54,987 nucleotides of DNA from an uncultured Gaiellales bacterium (GCA_964645445.1 CAZXZX010000081.1:1-54987); one strand, 5' to 3'; positions 15,627-24,037 are shown, counted from the stretch's first letter. A program made the numbers and translations. The notes: generated from the sequence alone by a model not told the origin.

Positions 15627-17261
15627 TCAGAGCGCGACGCCGGCCGGCAGCCGCTGCGCGACGACATGCTCTGCGGAATCGCGACTGGGGGCGTGCCCTG
15701 TCACCGTCGCGATGAAGTCGTCGCGCTCGAGCGCGTACAGCCCGACGTCGTCGAGGGCGCGCACGGTCGCGGTGCGGGGCACGTCGCGCAGGAGCGCGAT
15801 CTCACCGAAGAAGTCCCCGGGACCGAGCGCGCGCGCCCCGCCGTCGGCCTCCACCGCGACGCGGCCGGACGCGATGACGTAGAAGCGGTCACCGCGCTCG
15901 CCGCGCGAGAAGAGCGTCGCCCCTCCCGGGAGCGCGACCGCCACCGCGGCAGCCGCGAGCCGTTCGAGCACCGGCGCAGGCAGGACGTCGAGAAACGGAA
16001 CACCGCGCATCAGGTCGAGGGCCTGGCCGGGGACGTCCGAGGCCGCATCGATCGCGCGCAACCTCGGTGCGAGCAGCAGCACGCAGGCCGGCAGCACGAG
16101 GCCTGCGACGACGAACGATGCGCGTATCCCGACCGCGGAGACGAGCGCGGGGGCGACCGCGGCGCCGACGGCGAGCGACGCGAGGATGAGGCTCTCGAGA
16201 ACGCCGAACACGCGGCCGAGCACGTCATCAGGCGCGCTCCGCTGCAGGAGCGTCATGCCCGCGACCTCCGAGAGCGTGTTCCCCACGCCGACGACGGCGA
16301 ACAGCACGAGCGCGAAGCCGAGGCTCGTCCACGCCGCCACGAGCGCCATCGGCACGCCCCAGAGGAGCACGCCGATGCCGAGGTCGGCCGCGAGCCGTTT
16401 CCGGCCGGCGAGCCCCGCGACCGCGAGGCCGCCGACGACGCCGCCCATGCCGAACGCGGCGTTGAGCCAGCCGACGCCGCTGTTGCCGGCATTCAGCAAC
16501 TGCAGGGCGAAGACGACGAGCAGCACCTCGAAGATGCCGATCACGACCTGCTGGGCGCCCGTCAGCGCGACGACGACGCGGAGCGCGGGCTGCGAGCGGA
16601 TCGCGCGGAAACCGCCGAGGAGCGCCGGCACGAGCGGCTCGGCCTCGCCCGCCGCAGGCCGCCTGTCGGCCGGGAGCCCGAATACGCACGCCGCCGACCA
16701 GGCGACCGTCGCGGCGGTGACCGCGAACACGGTCGACGGGCCGGTCGCGGCCAGCAGCACGCCGCCCAGCGCTGGGCCTGCGAGCGTGCCCACGCTCCCG
16801 ATCGTGCTCATGGCCACATTGGCGGAGGTCAGTTCCTCCGACGTCGACGCGAGAGCGGGAAGGAGCGCAGCCTGCGCCGGCTGGAATGCAGTCGCCACCA
16901 TCGACGCCGCGACGGCGAGCGCATACACCGCGAGCGCCGGCCCGTCCGCTGCAACGAGCGCCGCCATGCCCGCAACGAGCGCGACACGCGACAGGTTCGA
17001 CAGGAGCATCACGCGCCGCCGAGAGCCGCGGTCGGCGAGCAGCGCGAGCCATGGGGCGAGCGCCGCCGCCAGCCCCCAACGCGCGAACAGCAGCAGTCCG
17101 ACGGCGCGCGCACCGCCGGCGTGGTACGCATACACGGACAAGGCGACGCCGTACGCCCAGCTTCCGAGCGTCGAACCGATTCCCGCGAGCTGCAGCCGCC
17201 GGAGCTGCGGATTCGAGAAGGACGTGGAGAAGGCGCGCAGCGACTCCCGGACCCTGCCCAT
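15627..17261 (-). CDS. MFS transporter fused to a C-terminal cyclic-nucleotide-binding (cNMP) domain
   Basis: ATG at 17259-17261 (MGRVRESLRAFSTSFSNPQLRRLQLAG...). About 12 TM helices of MFS type are followed by FLDVLPAPVLERLAAAAVAVALPGGATLFSRGERGDRFYVIASGRVAV...GPGDFFGEIALLRDVPRTATVRA, the CAP/cNMP-binding fold signature. Confidence 0.85.
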   Translation of the reverse strand: MGRVRESLRAFSTSFSNPQLRRLQLAGIGSTLGSWAYGVALSVYAYHAGGARAVGLLLFARWGLAAALAPWLALLADRGSRRRVMLLSNLSRVALVAGMAALVAADGPALAVYALAVAASMVATAFQPAQAALLPALASTSEELTSANVAMSTIGSVGTLAGPALGGVLLAATGPSTVFAVTAATVAWSAACVFGLPADRRPAAGEAEPLVPALLGGFRAIRSQPALRVVVALTGAQQVVIGIFEVLLVVFALQLLNAGNSGVGWLNAAFGMGGVVGGLAVAGLAGRKRLAADLGIGVLLWGVPMALVAAWTSLGFALVLFAVVGVGNTLSEVAGMTLLQRSAPDDVLGRVFGVLESLILASLAVGAAVAPALVSAVGIRASFVVAGLVLPACVLLLAPRLRAIDAASDVPGQALDLMRGVPFLDVLPAPVLERLAAAAVAVALPGGATLFSRGERGDRFYVIASGRVAVEADGGARALGPGDFFGEIALLRDVPRTATVRALDDVGLYALERDDFIATVTGHAPSRDSAEHVVAQRLPAGVAL

Positions 17262-17381
17262 CGGGCCAGGATCGCAGGCCGCGTTGTGTTTTTGAAGGCG
17301 GAGTGGGAAGATTGCCGCCCGCACGACCGTCTAGAGGGGGACAGCGCGCGAGCGCGCAGGCTTCCGACAAGGAGGGATCCG

Positions 17382-17531
17382 ATGTCCGAAGACGAGGGCC
17401 GGAGGGTCGAGGCGCAAGACGACGACTCCGACGAGGTGGAGCTGCATGGACGTCGCGTCGAGGCCAACCAGGAGCCCGGCGACGACGGCGACGACGACGA
17501 GGTCGAGGCGCACACGCGCCGCGTCGAATAG
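17382..17531 (+). CDS. Candidate acidic repeat microprotein (49 aa)
   Basis: ATG preceded by AAGGAGGG (17369-17376) at 5-nt spacing. The product is MSEDEGRRVEAQDDDSDEVELHGRRVEANQEPGDDGDDDEVEAHTRRVE, with an internal repeat (RRVE three times, DEVE-x-H twice). It is followed 23 nt later by a 9-bp GC hairpin. It lies at the 3' tail of shadow ORF 15666..17531. Confidence 0.5.
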   Translation: MSEDEGRRVEAQDDDSDEVELHGRRVEANQEPGDDGDDDEVEAHTRRVE

Positions 17532-17554
17532 CTCGCTCTTCACGTGCGACTGAG

Positions 17555-17577
17555 GAAGCCCGGGACGACCGGGCTTC
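17555..17577. terminator. Bidirectional intrinsic-terminator-like hairpin between convergent genes
   Basis: GAAGCCCGG-GACGA-CCGGGCTTC (9 bp perfect stem), followed on the plus strand by TTCGTGG. It sits between the stop of the microprotein ORF (17531) and the stop of the GAF gene (17587). Confidence 0.5.
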
Positions 17578-17586
17578 TTCGTGGAC

Positions 17587-18222
17587 CTACTCGGGCTGCA
17601 GAAGCAACTCGAGCGCGCGGAGCAGGTCGAGCCCCGCGGCGCGCGCCTCCTCGCCTGCGTTCTCGATGCGCGCCGCCACGCGCGCGAGCGCACCAAGCTC
17701 CCCTTCGCCCGCGAGCGTGGCCCGCGCGCGCCGTGCACGCAGCAGCAGGTCGAGGGCGACGGCGGCCTGATTCGCGAACAGTCCGAGCAGGCTCATGTCC
17801 GCGAGCGAGAACGGCTGCTCGCTCGCGCGATCGAGGACCTCGAGCACGCCGAGCGCCCTGTCCTCGGCGAGCAGCGGCACGGCCATCAGCGCCTTCGGCA
17901 CGTATCCCGTCGACTCCGCCGCTTCCTGCGAGAAGCGCGTATCCGCGGTGAGGTCGTCGACGACGAGCGGCTGCCGGGTTACGAGCACCCACCCGGCGAC
18001 GCCCGTGCTCGACGGGAAGCGCTGGCCGACAAGCGTCTGCGCGCCCTCGCCCGCGACCGCCTCGAACACGAGCTCGTCGGTCTCGCTGTCGAGCAGGAAG
18101 ATCGACGACGCCTTCGCCTTGAAGATCGCGCGCGCGACCTCCGTCGTCGACTGCAGGAGCGCGCGGTGGCCTTCGTCGGCGCCGAGGACACCGGCCGCGA
18201 CGGCCGCCTCGAGCTCACTCAT
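17587..18222 (-). CDS. GAF domain-containing protein
   Basis: 211 aa. LLQSTTEVARAIFKAKASSIFLLDSETDELVFEAVAGEG...GVAGWVLVTRQPLVVDDL...MAVPLLAEDRALGVLEVLD is a single GAF domain, followed by a short helical tail. The start overlaps the S8 peptidase stop by 8 nt (ATGAGTGA). Confidence 0.8.
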   Translation of the reverse strand: MSELEAAVAAGVLGADEGHRALLQSTTEVARAIFKAKASSIFLLDSETDELVFEAVAGEGAQTLVGQRFPSSTGVAGWVLVTRQPLVVDDLTADTRFSQEAAESTGYVPKALMAVPLLAEDRALGVLEVLDRASEQPFSLADMSLLGLFANQAAVALDLLLRARRARATLAGEGELGALARVAARIENAGEEARAAGLDLLRALELLLQPE

Positions 18223-19051
18223 GGCCGACGTTCGACGCGGTCAGGTGCAGCACGCTCTTCAGCTCGTACGGCGTCAGATCCGGGTGCTTGCCCAGGATGA
18301 GGGCGCACAGGCCGGCGATGTGCGGCGTCGCGAAGCTGTTGCCGGTCGAGCGGAGCGTGCCGCCGCCGAGCCATGCCACGTCGATCTCGAGCCCGCGCGC
18401 GAAGAACTCCACGGGCGGCGACGGGTTCGAGTAGAACGTGAACGGATCCGCCTCTTCGTGGCTGCCGACGGAGATGACGCTCGCGAACCGCCACGGGAAG
18501 CTCTCCACCGGCATGTTGTGCGCAGACGCGACGAGCATGGTGCGCTTGAAGTACGCAGAGTCGGCGAGCTCGTGCAACCGGTCGACGTGGTCGCGCTTCG
18601 TCGTCGAGAGGCTCATGTTCACGACGTCGAAGCCCTGCTCGATCGCCCACTCGAGCCCACGCAGCATCACCTTGGCGCTACCCGTGTAGCCGGCGCCGAG
18701 CACGCGGACGCTCACGAGCTCGCAGTCGGGCGCGAGTGACCGGACGATTCCCGCGCACGCGGTGCCGTGGCCGCACAGGTCGCCCTCCTCGTCGTTCTCG
18801 CGAACGATCACACAGCCGTCTTCGCGAACGATCGCGACCGACCGGTCGACTCGACCGACGAGCGGGTGGCTGTGCTCGATCCCGCTGTCGAGCACGCACA
18901 CGCGCACGCCCTTCCCCCTCGAGCCGCCCCACGCCCACTCGCGCGTCACCGGTGCCGTCCAGGCGGTCGCGCGGCGGATGGAGGCGCCCGCGTCGGCGGG
19001 CAGGCTCCAGGCCGGCAGCTCCTCGTTCGACTCGTGCGCGAGAACGGACAC
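18215..19051 (-). CDS. S8 family (subtilisin-like) serine peptidase, no signal peptide or pro-domain
   Basis: Catalytic triad motifs are VCVLDSGIEHSHPLV (Asp), GHGTACAGIV (His) and GNSFATPHIAGL (Ser). I chose the GTG start at 19049-19051 because the track ORF start (19213) would overlap the divergent sigma-factor gene. A later GTG near 18950 is also possible. Confidence 0.82.
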   Translation of the reverse strand: MSVLAHESNEELPAWSLPADAGASIRRATAWTAPVTREWAWGGSRGKGVRVCVLDSGIEHSHPLVGRVDRSVAIVREDGCVIVRENDEEGDLCGHGTACAGIVRSLAPDCELVSVRVLGAGYTGSAKVMLRGLEWAIEQGFDVVNMSLSTTKRDHVDRLHELADSAYFKRTMLVASAHNMPVESFPWRFASVISVGSHEEADPFTFYSNPSPPVEFFARGLEIDVAWLGGGTLRSTGNSFATPHIAGLCALILGKHPDLTPYELKSVLHLTASNVGHE

Positions 19052-19078
19052 TCCCGCCGATCCTAGTAGGCTCGCCGC

Positions 19079-19612
19079 GTGGCGACATCGACCGACGCCC
19101 AAGTCGTCGCCCGCTGCCGCGCCGGCGACCCCGAGGCCTGGAACGAGCTCGTCGAACGGTTCTCGCGCTACGTGTACGCCATCTGCGCGCAGGCGTTCCG
19201 CCTGAGCCCACACGACGCCGAGGACGTGTTCCAGGACGTCTTCGCGCGCGTCTACGTCAACCTCGACAGCTTGCGCAGCGACGACGCCGTCCGACCGTGG
19301 ATCGCGCAGCTCACGCGCCGCCTCTGCATCGACCGCCTGCGCGCAGGCCGGCGCGAGTCGCCTGCCCCGGACGACGCGCTCGAGTCGGGGGAGGCGGACG
19401 AGACCCTGCGCGCGATCGACGAGGCGATTGCCGTCCGCGCCGGCCTCGATGCCGTCGGCGAACCGTGCCGCGAGATTCTCGACCGCTTCTTCTGCCGGGA
19501 CGAGAGCTACCGGGCGATCGCGGACGCGCTCGATCTTCCCGCCGGCACGGTCGCGAGCCGCATTTCCCGCTGCCTGACGAAGCTTCGCGGAGAGCTGGAG
19601 GGAAGATCCTGA
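19079..19612 (+). CDS. ECF-type RNA polymerase sigma-70 family factor
   Basis: Region 2 is PEAWNELVERFSRYVYAICAQAF...DAEDVFQDVFARVY. Region 4 is CREILDRFFCRDESYRAIADALDLPAGTVASRISRCLTKLR. Confidence 0.9.
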   Translation: MATSTDAQVVARCRAGDPEAWNELVERFSRYVYAICAQAFRLSPHDAEDVFQDVFARVYVNLDSLRSDDAVRPWIAQLTRRLCIDRLRAGRRESPAPDDALESGEADETLRAIDEAIAVRAGLDAVGEPCREILDRFFCRDESYRAIADALDLPAGTVASRISRCLTKLRGELEGRS

Positions 19613-19637
19613 GCCGCGCCACCGTCATGAGAACGAG

Positions 19638-19892
19638 ATGACCGGATACGACGAAGAGCGGATCGCGCACCTGCTCCGCCTGCTTCCGCCCCCGCCACGG
19701 GGCTGGGTGGAGGCGGCGCAGGAGCTTCCGCTCGCCCGGGCCGCGATCGAGTCGATCGTCGCACGCGCGGAGGCCGACGCAGCCTTCCGGGCCCGGCTCG
19801 TCGCGGATCTCGAGGCCGCCGTCCGGGAAGCGGGCTTCGAGGCGACTCCCTCCGTTCTCGCCTCGCTCAGGCTGCGCATCGACGCCGGCTGA
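19638..19892 (+). CDS. Hypothetical protein (84 aa) downstream of the ECF sigma factor
   Basis: The ORF is in the usual anti-sigma position, but it has no Cys/His zinc motif and no TM segment. It is helical and Ala/Arg-rich (…ARAEADAAFRARLVADLEAAVREAGFE…), and I recognise no family. Confidence 0.45.
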   Translation: MTGYDEERIAHLLRLLPPPPRGWVEAAQELPLARAAIESIVARAEADAAFRARLVADLEAAVREAGFEATPSVLASLRLRIDAG

Positions 19893-19927
19893 CGCCGCAC
19901 CCGGGGGCGTCGTGGGACAATCCTCCC

Positions 19928-20458
19928 ATGGCGTCCCCGGATCGCGCCGACGCGGAGCCCATCGCGGCAACCGCGCTTGCGGCGGCGGCGGCGGCCGCCA
20001 CCAGCGCGCTCGCCGCGGTCGCCCGCGCGTCCGACCGGGGGGCGATGGCGGCGCAGGCCGAGGTGCTGCGATTGCGGGTCGCCGGCGCCGCGCGGGTCAA
20101 TGCTCTGCGCTATCCGCGCGCGCTCGAATCGCAGGAGACAACCGCCGCGCTTCCGGAGGATCGCCGCGACTGGGAGATCGGCCAGGCTTATGCGCGCGCT
20201 GCGGAGCCGCCGCTCGAGCTCGTGCGCATCGCCGCGGACACCGCCGAGCTCGCAGCCGAGCTCGCCGGTGAGGCGCTCGCCGGGCTCCGCGCCGACGCGA
20301 CCGCCGTGGCGGCACTCGCCGCGGGGGTCGCGCGGGGCGCGGTCACGCTCGTCGAGATCAACCTGACCGCTGGGCCGAACGACGAGCGCGTTGCGGAGGC
20401 TCGACGGTGCTCGGAGACGGCCGAACGCGCAGCGGCTCGCGCTGCGAGAGCTCTCTGA
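19928..20458 (+). CDS. Cyclodeaminase/cyclohydrolase family protein (FTCD C-terminal-domain-like)
   Basis: All-helical, Ala-rich 176-aa protein whose motif layout resembles FTCD_C: …AAEPPLELVRIAADTAELAAELAG…RADATAVAALAAGVARGAVTLVEINL…. The call is from remembered family features only. Confidence 0.55.
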   Translation: MASPDRADAEPIAATALAAAAAAATSALAAVARASDRGAMAAQAEVLRLRVAGAARVNALRYPRALESQETTAALPEDRRDWEIGQAYARAAEPPLELVRIAADTAELAAELAGEALAGLRADATAVAALAAGVARGAVTLVEINLTAGPNDERVAEARRCSETAERAAARAARAL

Positions 20459-21254
20459 GCGCGTCGATCTCGGCACCGAGCAGAAGCGCGAGCGCAGTGA
20501 GCCACAACCACGTCAAGGTCACGATCACAGCCGACAACGATCCCCACGTCTTGTTGTACGAGCCGAACGCGCTCGAGTAGAGCGCGAAGGCTCCGGACGC
20601 CGCGATCCAGACTGCCGCAGAGACGAGGGGGCCTGGCGACTGCAGCCGCCAGGGTCGTCTCGGGACGTCAGGGCCGAGGTAGAGAAGCGTCTCGAACGCG
20701 GCGACGAGTCCGACGATCAGGATCGGCCATTGCGCGATCCACCACATCCACCCGATGACGCCGGAAGCCGCGCCGGCATGCGAGGCGATCAGCCGCTCGA
20801 CCGCGGGACCGAACATGAGCAGCACCGCGACGAGCAGGAACGCGACGCCGATGACGGCGACCATCGCCAGCGCCACGAGGCGCCTGCGAACGAAGCCACG
20901 GCTGTCGCTCTGCTCGTAGGCGAGGTTGATCGCGGTCATGTATCCCGTCATCGCTCCGGTCGTCGACCACAGCGCGAGCACGGAGCCGATGACGGTCGCG
21001 AGCACGCCCTGCGCCGGATGCGCGTCGAGACGCTCGAGACTCGAGCCGAGCAGCGACGTCGCCTGCGCCGGCATGACGTGTTGGAAGTGCTGCATGAGCG
21101 ACGTGATCGTCCCCGGTCCCGCGACGAGCGTGAAGACGCCGACCACGACGAGCAGGACGGACGGGATCGCGAAGAACGCACCGTAGGCGAGCGCGGACGC
21201 GAGCATCGTGCCGTTGTGTGCGAGGAGCCGCTTGCCGGCGCGGACGAGAGTCAT
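20358..21254 (-). CDS. YihY/BrkB (virulence factor BrkB / RNase BN-like) family membrane protein
   Basis: ATG at 21252-21254. MLASALAYGAFFAIPSVLLVVVGVF…ALWSTTGAMTGYMTAINLAYE…YNKTWGSLSAVIVTLTWLWLTALALLLGAEI is the YihY signature. The 3' end overlaps the convergent gene by 101 nt. Confidence 0.85.
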   Translation of the reverse strand: MTLVRAGKRLLAHNGTMLASALAYGAFFAIPSVLLVVVGVFTLVAGPGTITSLMQHFQHVMPAQATSLLGSSLERLDAHPAQGVLATVIGSVLALWSTTGAMTGYMTAINLAYEQSDSRGFVRRRLVALAMVAVIGVAFLLVAVLLMFGPAVERLIASHAGAASGVIGWMWWIAQWPILIVGLVAAFETLLYLGPDVPRRPWRLQSPGPLVSAAVWIAASGAFALYSSAFGSYNKTWGSLSAVIVTLTWLWLTALALLLGAEIDALRELSQREPLRVRPSPSTVEPPQRARRSAQRSG

Positions 21255-21285
21255 CGCCTCGTCAACGACGGCTCGGCCGGAGAAG

Positions 21286-22428
21286 GTGCGGCGAGGATGG
21301 TATGACCCAGCCGTGGAGCATCGCGAACTCGTCGTCATCGGTGCCGGCTCGGCGGGCCTCGCCACGGCCGCGCTTCTGCGCCGTGAGGGCCTGGAGCCCC
21401 TCGTCCTGGAAGCGGGCGCCGAGCCGGGTGCGGCGTGGCGCGAGCGATACGACCGGCTGCGGCTGCACACGCCGCGGCTCCTGTCCGGATTGCCTGGGCT
21501 CCGCATTCCACGGCAGTACGGGCGCTGGGTGAGACGCGACGACCTGATCGAGTACTTCCACGAGTACGCCTCGACGCACGGAATCGACGTGCGCACGGGG
21601 GTGCGCGTCGATCGGATCGATCCCGGCTGGGTGCTCACGACGTCGGCGGGGCCGATCGAGGCCGGCACGGTCATCGTCGCGACCGGCTACAACGGCGCGC
21701 CGTTCATCCCCGACTGGGCGGGCCGCGACGCGTTCGGCGGCGAGCTGATCCACTCGACGCAGTACCGGAACCCGGCGCCGTATCGCGGTCGCGATGTCGT
21801 CGTCGTCGGCGCCGGCAACTCCGGCGCGGAGATCGCCACCGACGTCGCCGACGGCGGAGCTTCGCGCAGCCGCCTATCGGTCCGCACGCCGCCGCAGATC
21901 GTGCGCCGGGCGACCGCGGGCATTCCCGCGCAGTTGATCGGCATCGGGATCCGCAAGCTCCCGCCGGGTTGGGTCGACCCATTCTCGATCGCGCAGCGGA
22001 AGCTCTCGATCCCCGATCTGTCCGCACAGGGGCTTCCGCGCCCCGAGCACGGCATCCGGACGTCGTTCCTCGCGACGGGCACGACGCCCATCCTCGACGT
22101 CGGCATCGTCGACGCTGTGCGCCGCGGGCGCGTCGAGGTCGTCGCCGCGGTCGAGCGCTTCGAGGGCAACGAGGTCGTCCTCGCCGACGGGTCGCGGATC
22201 GCGCCGGATGCGATCATCGCTGCGACGGGGTTCCGAGCCGGCCTCGAGCCGCTCGTCGGGCATCTCGACGTGCTCGGCCCGCGGGGATTGCCGGCGAAGA
22301 CCGACGGCGAGCCCGTGTTGCCCGGCCTGTGGTTCGTCGGCTTCATGCCGACGCTCGGCGGGCAGCTCCGTGAGGGAAGCATCGCCGCGCGCGAGGTGGC
22401 GGCTGCCGTCGCCGCGACGCTCACCTAG
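21286..22428 (+). CDS. Flavin-containing monooxygenase-like NAD(P)/FAD-dependent oxidoreductase
   Basis: ELVVIGAGSAGLATAALL (FAD GxGxxG), WRERYDRLRLHTP, and a second dinucleotide motif VVVVGAGNSGAEIA. The start is GTG 21286 or GTG 21313. Confidence 0.8.
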   Translation: MRRGWYDPAVEHRELVVIGAGSAGLATAALLRREGLEPLVLEAGAEPGAAWRERYDRLRLHTPRLLSGLPGLRIPRQYGRWVRRDDLIEYFHEYASTHGIDVRTGVRVDRIDPGWVLTTSAGPIEAGTVIVATGYNGAPFIPDWAGRDAFGGELIHSTQYRNPAPYRGRDVVVVGAGNSGAEIATDVADGGASRSRLSVRTPPQIVRRATAGIPAQLIGIGIRKLPPGWVDPFSIAQRKLSIPDLSAQGLPRPEHGIRTSFLATGTTPILDVGIVDAVRRGRVEVVAAVERFEGNEVVLADGSRIAPDAIIAATGFRAGLEPLVGHLDVLGPRGLPAKTDGEPVLPGLWFVGFMPTLGGQLREGSIAAREVAAAVAATLT

Positions 22429-22502
22429 TCGGGGCGGGCAGACTCGAACTGCCGACTTCTCGCTCCCAAAGCGAGTGCTCTACCAGGCTGAGCTACGCCC
22501 CG
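22429..22502 (-). tRNA. tRNA-Pro (anticodon UGG)
   Basis: Reverse complement is CGGGGCG-TA-GCTC-AGCCTGGTA-GAGC-A-CTCGC-TTTGGGA-GCGAG-AAGTC-GGCAG-TTCGAGT-CTGCC-CGCCCCG-A. It directly abuts the TAG stop of the convergent monooxygenase gene. Confidence 0.9.
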
Positions 22503-22528
22503 TCTGACCAGGAGGCTAGCGTGCCCGC

Positions 22529-23476
22529 GTGACCGAGCCGCTATTTGCGCCCCGGAAGCTTCCGAGCGACCGGCGGCCGGTCGTCGGCTACTTCATGGTC
22601 ATCGTCGCGGCCACGCTCTTCGGAGTGAACGGCGCCGTGTCGAAGGTTGCGCTCACGTCGGGCCTCTCCTCGCTCCGTCTGACCGAGGCTCGGTCGGCCG
22701 GAGCATGCATCGCGCTCACGCTCATTGCGCTCGCCCGCTCACCGTCGTCGCTTCGGGTCGAGCGGCGTGACCTCCCGCGCCTTGCGCTCTTCGGCGTCGT
22801 CGGGGTCGCCTTCGTGCAGCTCTTCTACTTCCTCGCGATCAACCGCCTTCCGGTCGGCATCGCACTCCTCATCCAGTACATCGGGCCTGTCCTCGTCGCG
22901 ATCTACGCGAGCACGGTCGGCCGCGAGCACGTGCGGCGCCGCATCTGGCTCGCGCTCGCGCTGTCGCTCGCGGGGCTTGCGCTGATGGTGCAGCTCTGGA
23001 GCGGCGTCACGCTCGACGGGCTCGGAGTCACGTTCGCGCTCGTCGCGGCCTGCGTCTTCGCGGTCTACCTCCTCCTCGCCGAGCGCGAGGTGCAGAAGCG
23101 TGACTCGATCCCGTTACTCGCCTGGGGCTTCTTCTTCGCCGTCGTCTTCTGGACGATCGTCCAGCCGTGGTGGAGCTTTCCAGCCTCGGCCGCGGCGCGC
23201 ACGGTGTCGCTGCAGGGCCACTTGAGCTCGCTCCACCTGCCGGTGTGGGCGCTCGTGCTCTGGGTGATCGTCCTCGGCGCGGCAGTGCCGTTCGCGCTGA
23301 TCGTCGGCGCGATGCGCCACATCACCGCGACGCAGGTCGGCGTCACGGCGATGCTCGAGCCCGTGGTCGCGACCGTCGCTGCGTGGCTCTGGCTCCGCGA
23401 GTCGCTCTCGGCGGCGCAGCTCGCCGGCGCGGCGGTTGTGCTGTGCGGCATCGCGCTCGCCCAGACGGCCCGCTAA
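22529..23476 (+). CDS. EamA/DMT family transporter
   Basis: 315 aa with 10 predicted TM helices in two EamA repeats (FGVNGAVSKVAL… / …AVPFALIVGAMRHITATQVGVTAMLEPVVA). Confidence 0.85.
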   Translation: MTEPLFAPRKLPSDRRPVVGYFMVIVAATLFGVNGAVSKVALTSGLSSLRLTEARSAGACIALTLIALARSPSSLRVERRDLPRLALFGVVGVAFVQLFYFLAINRLPVGIALLIQYIGPVLVAIYASTVGREHVRRRIWLALALSLAGLALMVQLWSGVTLDGLGVTFALVAACVFAVYLLLAEREVQKRDSIPLLAWGFFFAVVFWTIVQPWWSFPASAAARTVSLQGHLSSLHLPVWALVLWVIVLGAAVPFALIVGAMRHITATQVGVTAMLEPVVATVAAWLWLRESLSAAQLAGAAVVLCGIALAQTAR

Positions 23477-23559
23477 TTCACCCTGTTGAGGGAGGACGAC
23501 CGGCGAACCGCCTGCAACGCTGGGGGTAGGCCGAGGGCTGAACTTCATCGGGAGGGCAT

Positions 23560-23583
23560 GAGGGGCGCCGCGAGGCGCCCCTC
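23560..23583. terminator. GC-rich hairpin downstream of the kinase/regulator operon and of the EamA gene
   Basis: GAGGGGCGCC-GCGA-GGCGCCCCTC, a perfect 10-bp stem with a tetraloop. There is no U-tract on either strand, so it would be an I-shaped terminator type. Confidence 0.4.
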
Positions 23584-23599
23584 GCCCATTCGGGCGCTC

Positions 23600-24037
23600 C
23601 TACTCCGCCTGCATCAGAGACCGGAGCTCGGAAAGCTTCTCGCCGCGCAACTCGTCCCGCTCGCCGCGCTCGATCCGGTCCAGCAGCTCGCGCACGAGCG
23701 GGGCGAGATCGAGCGGGTTGAACGGCTTCGTGACGTAGTCGATGCCGCCGATGTCGAGACCGCGCGCCCGGTCGCGAAACTCGGCGCGCGCGGTCAGGAA
23801 GATGATCGGGATCTCGCTCGTGCGCGCGTCCTCGAGCAGCTCCTCGGCGACCCGCCAGCCGTCGAGCCGCGGCATCATCACGTCGAGGAGCACGACGTCG
23901 GGCCGCTGCTCGCGTGCGAGCTCGAGGCCGCTCGGGCCGTCGCCGGCCTCGATCACATCCATCCCCTCGGCCTCGAGGTTGACGCGGCACAGCAGCCGGA
24001 TCGGCGCTTCGTCGTCGATGACGAGAACGCGAATCAC
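23600..24037 (-). CDS. Response regulator, receiver domain only (CheY-like) with short C-terminal coiled tail
   Basis: MIRVLVIDDEAPIR…PDVVLLDVMMPRLDGW…IPIIFLTA…DYVTKPF. The conserved DD, D and K positions are present. No DNA-binding output domain is present. The start overlaps the kinase stop (ATGA). Confidence 0.9.
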   Translation of the reverse strand: MIRVLVIDDEAPIRLLCRVNLEAEGMDVIEAGDGPSGLELAREQRPDVVLLDVMMPRLDGWRVAEELLEDARTSEIPIIFLTARAEFRDRARGLDIGGIDYVTKPFNPLDLAPLVRELLDRIERGERDELRGEKLSELRSLMQAE

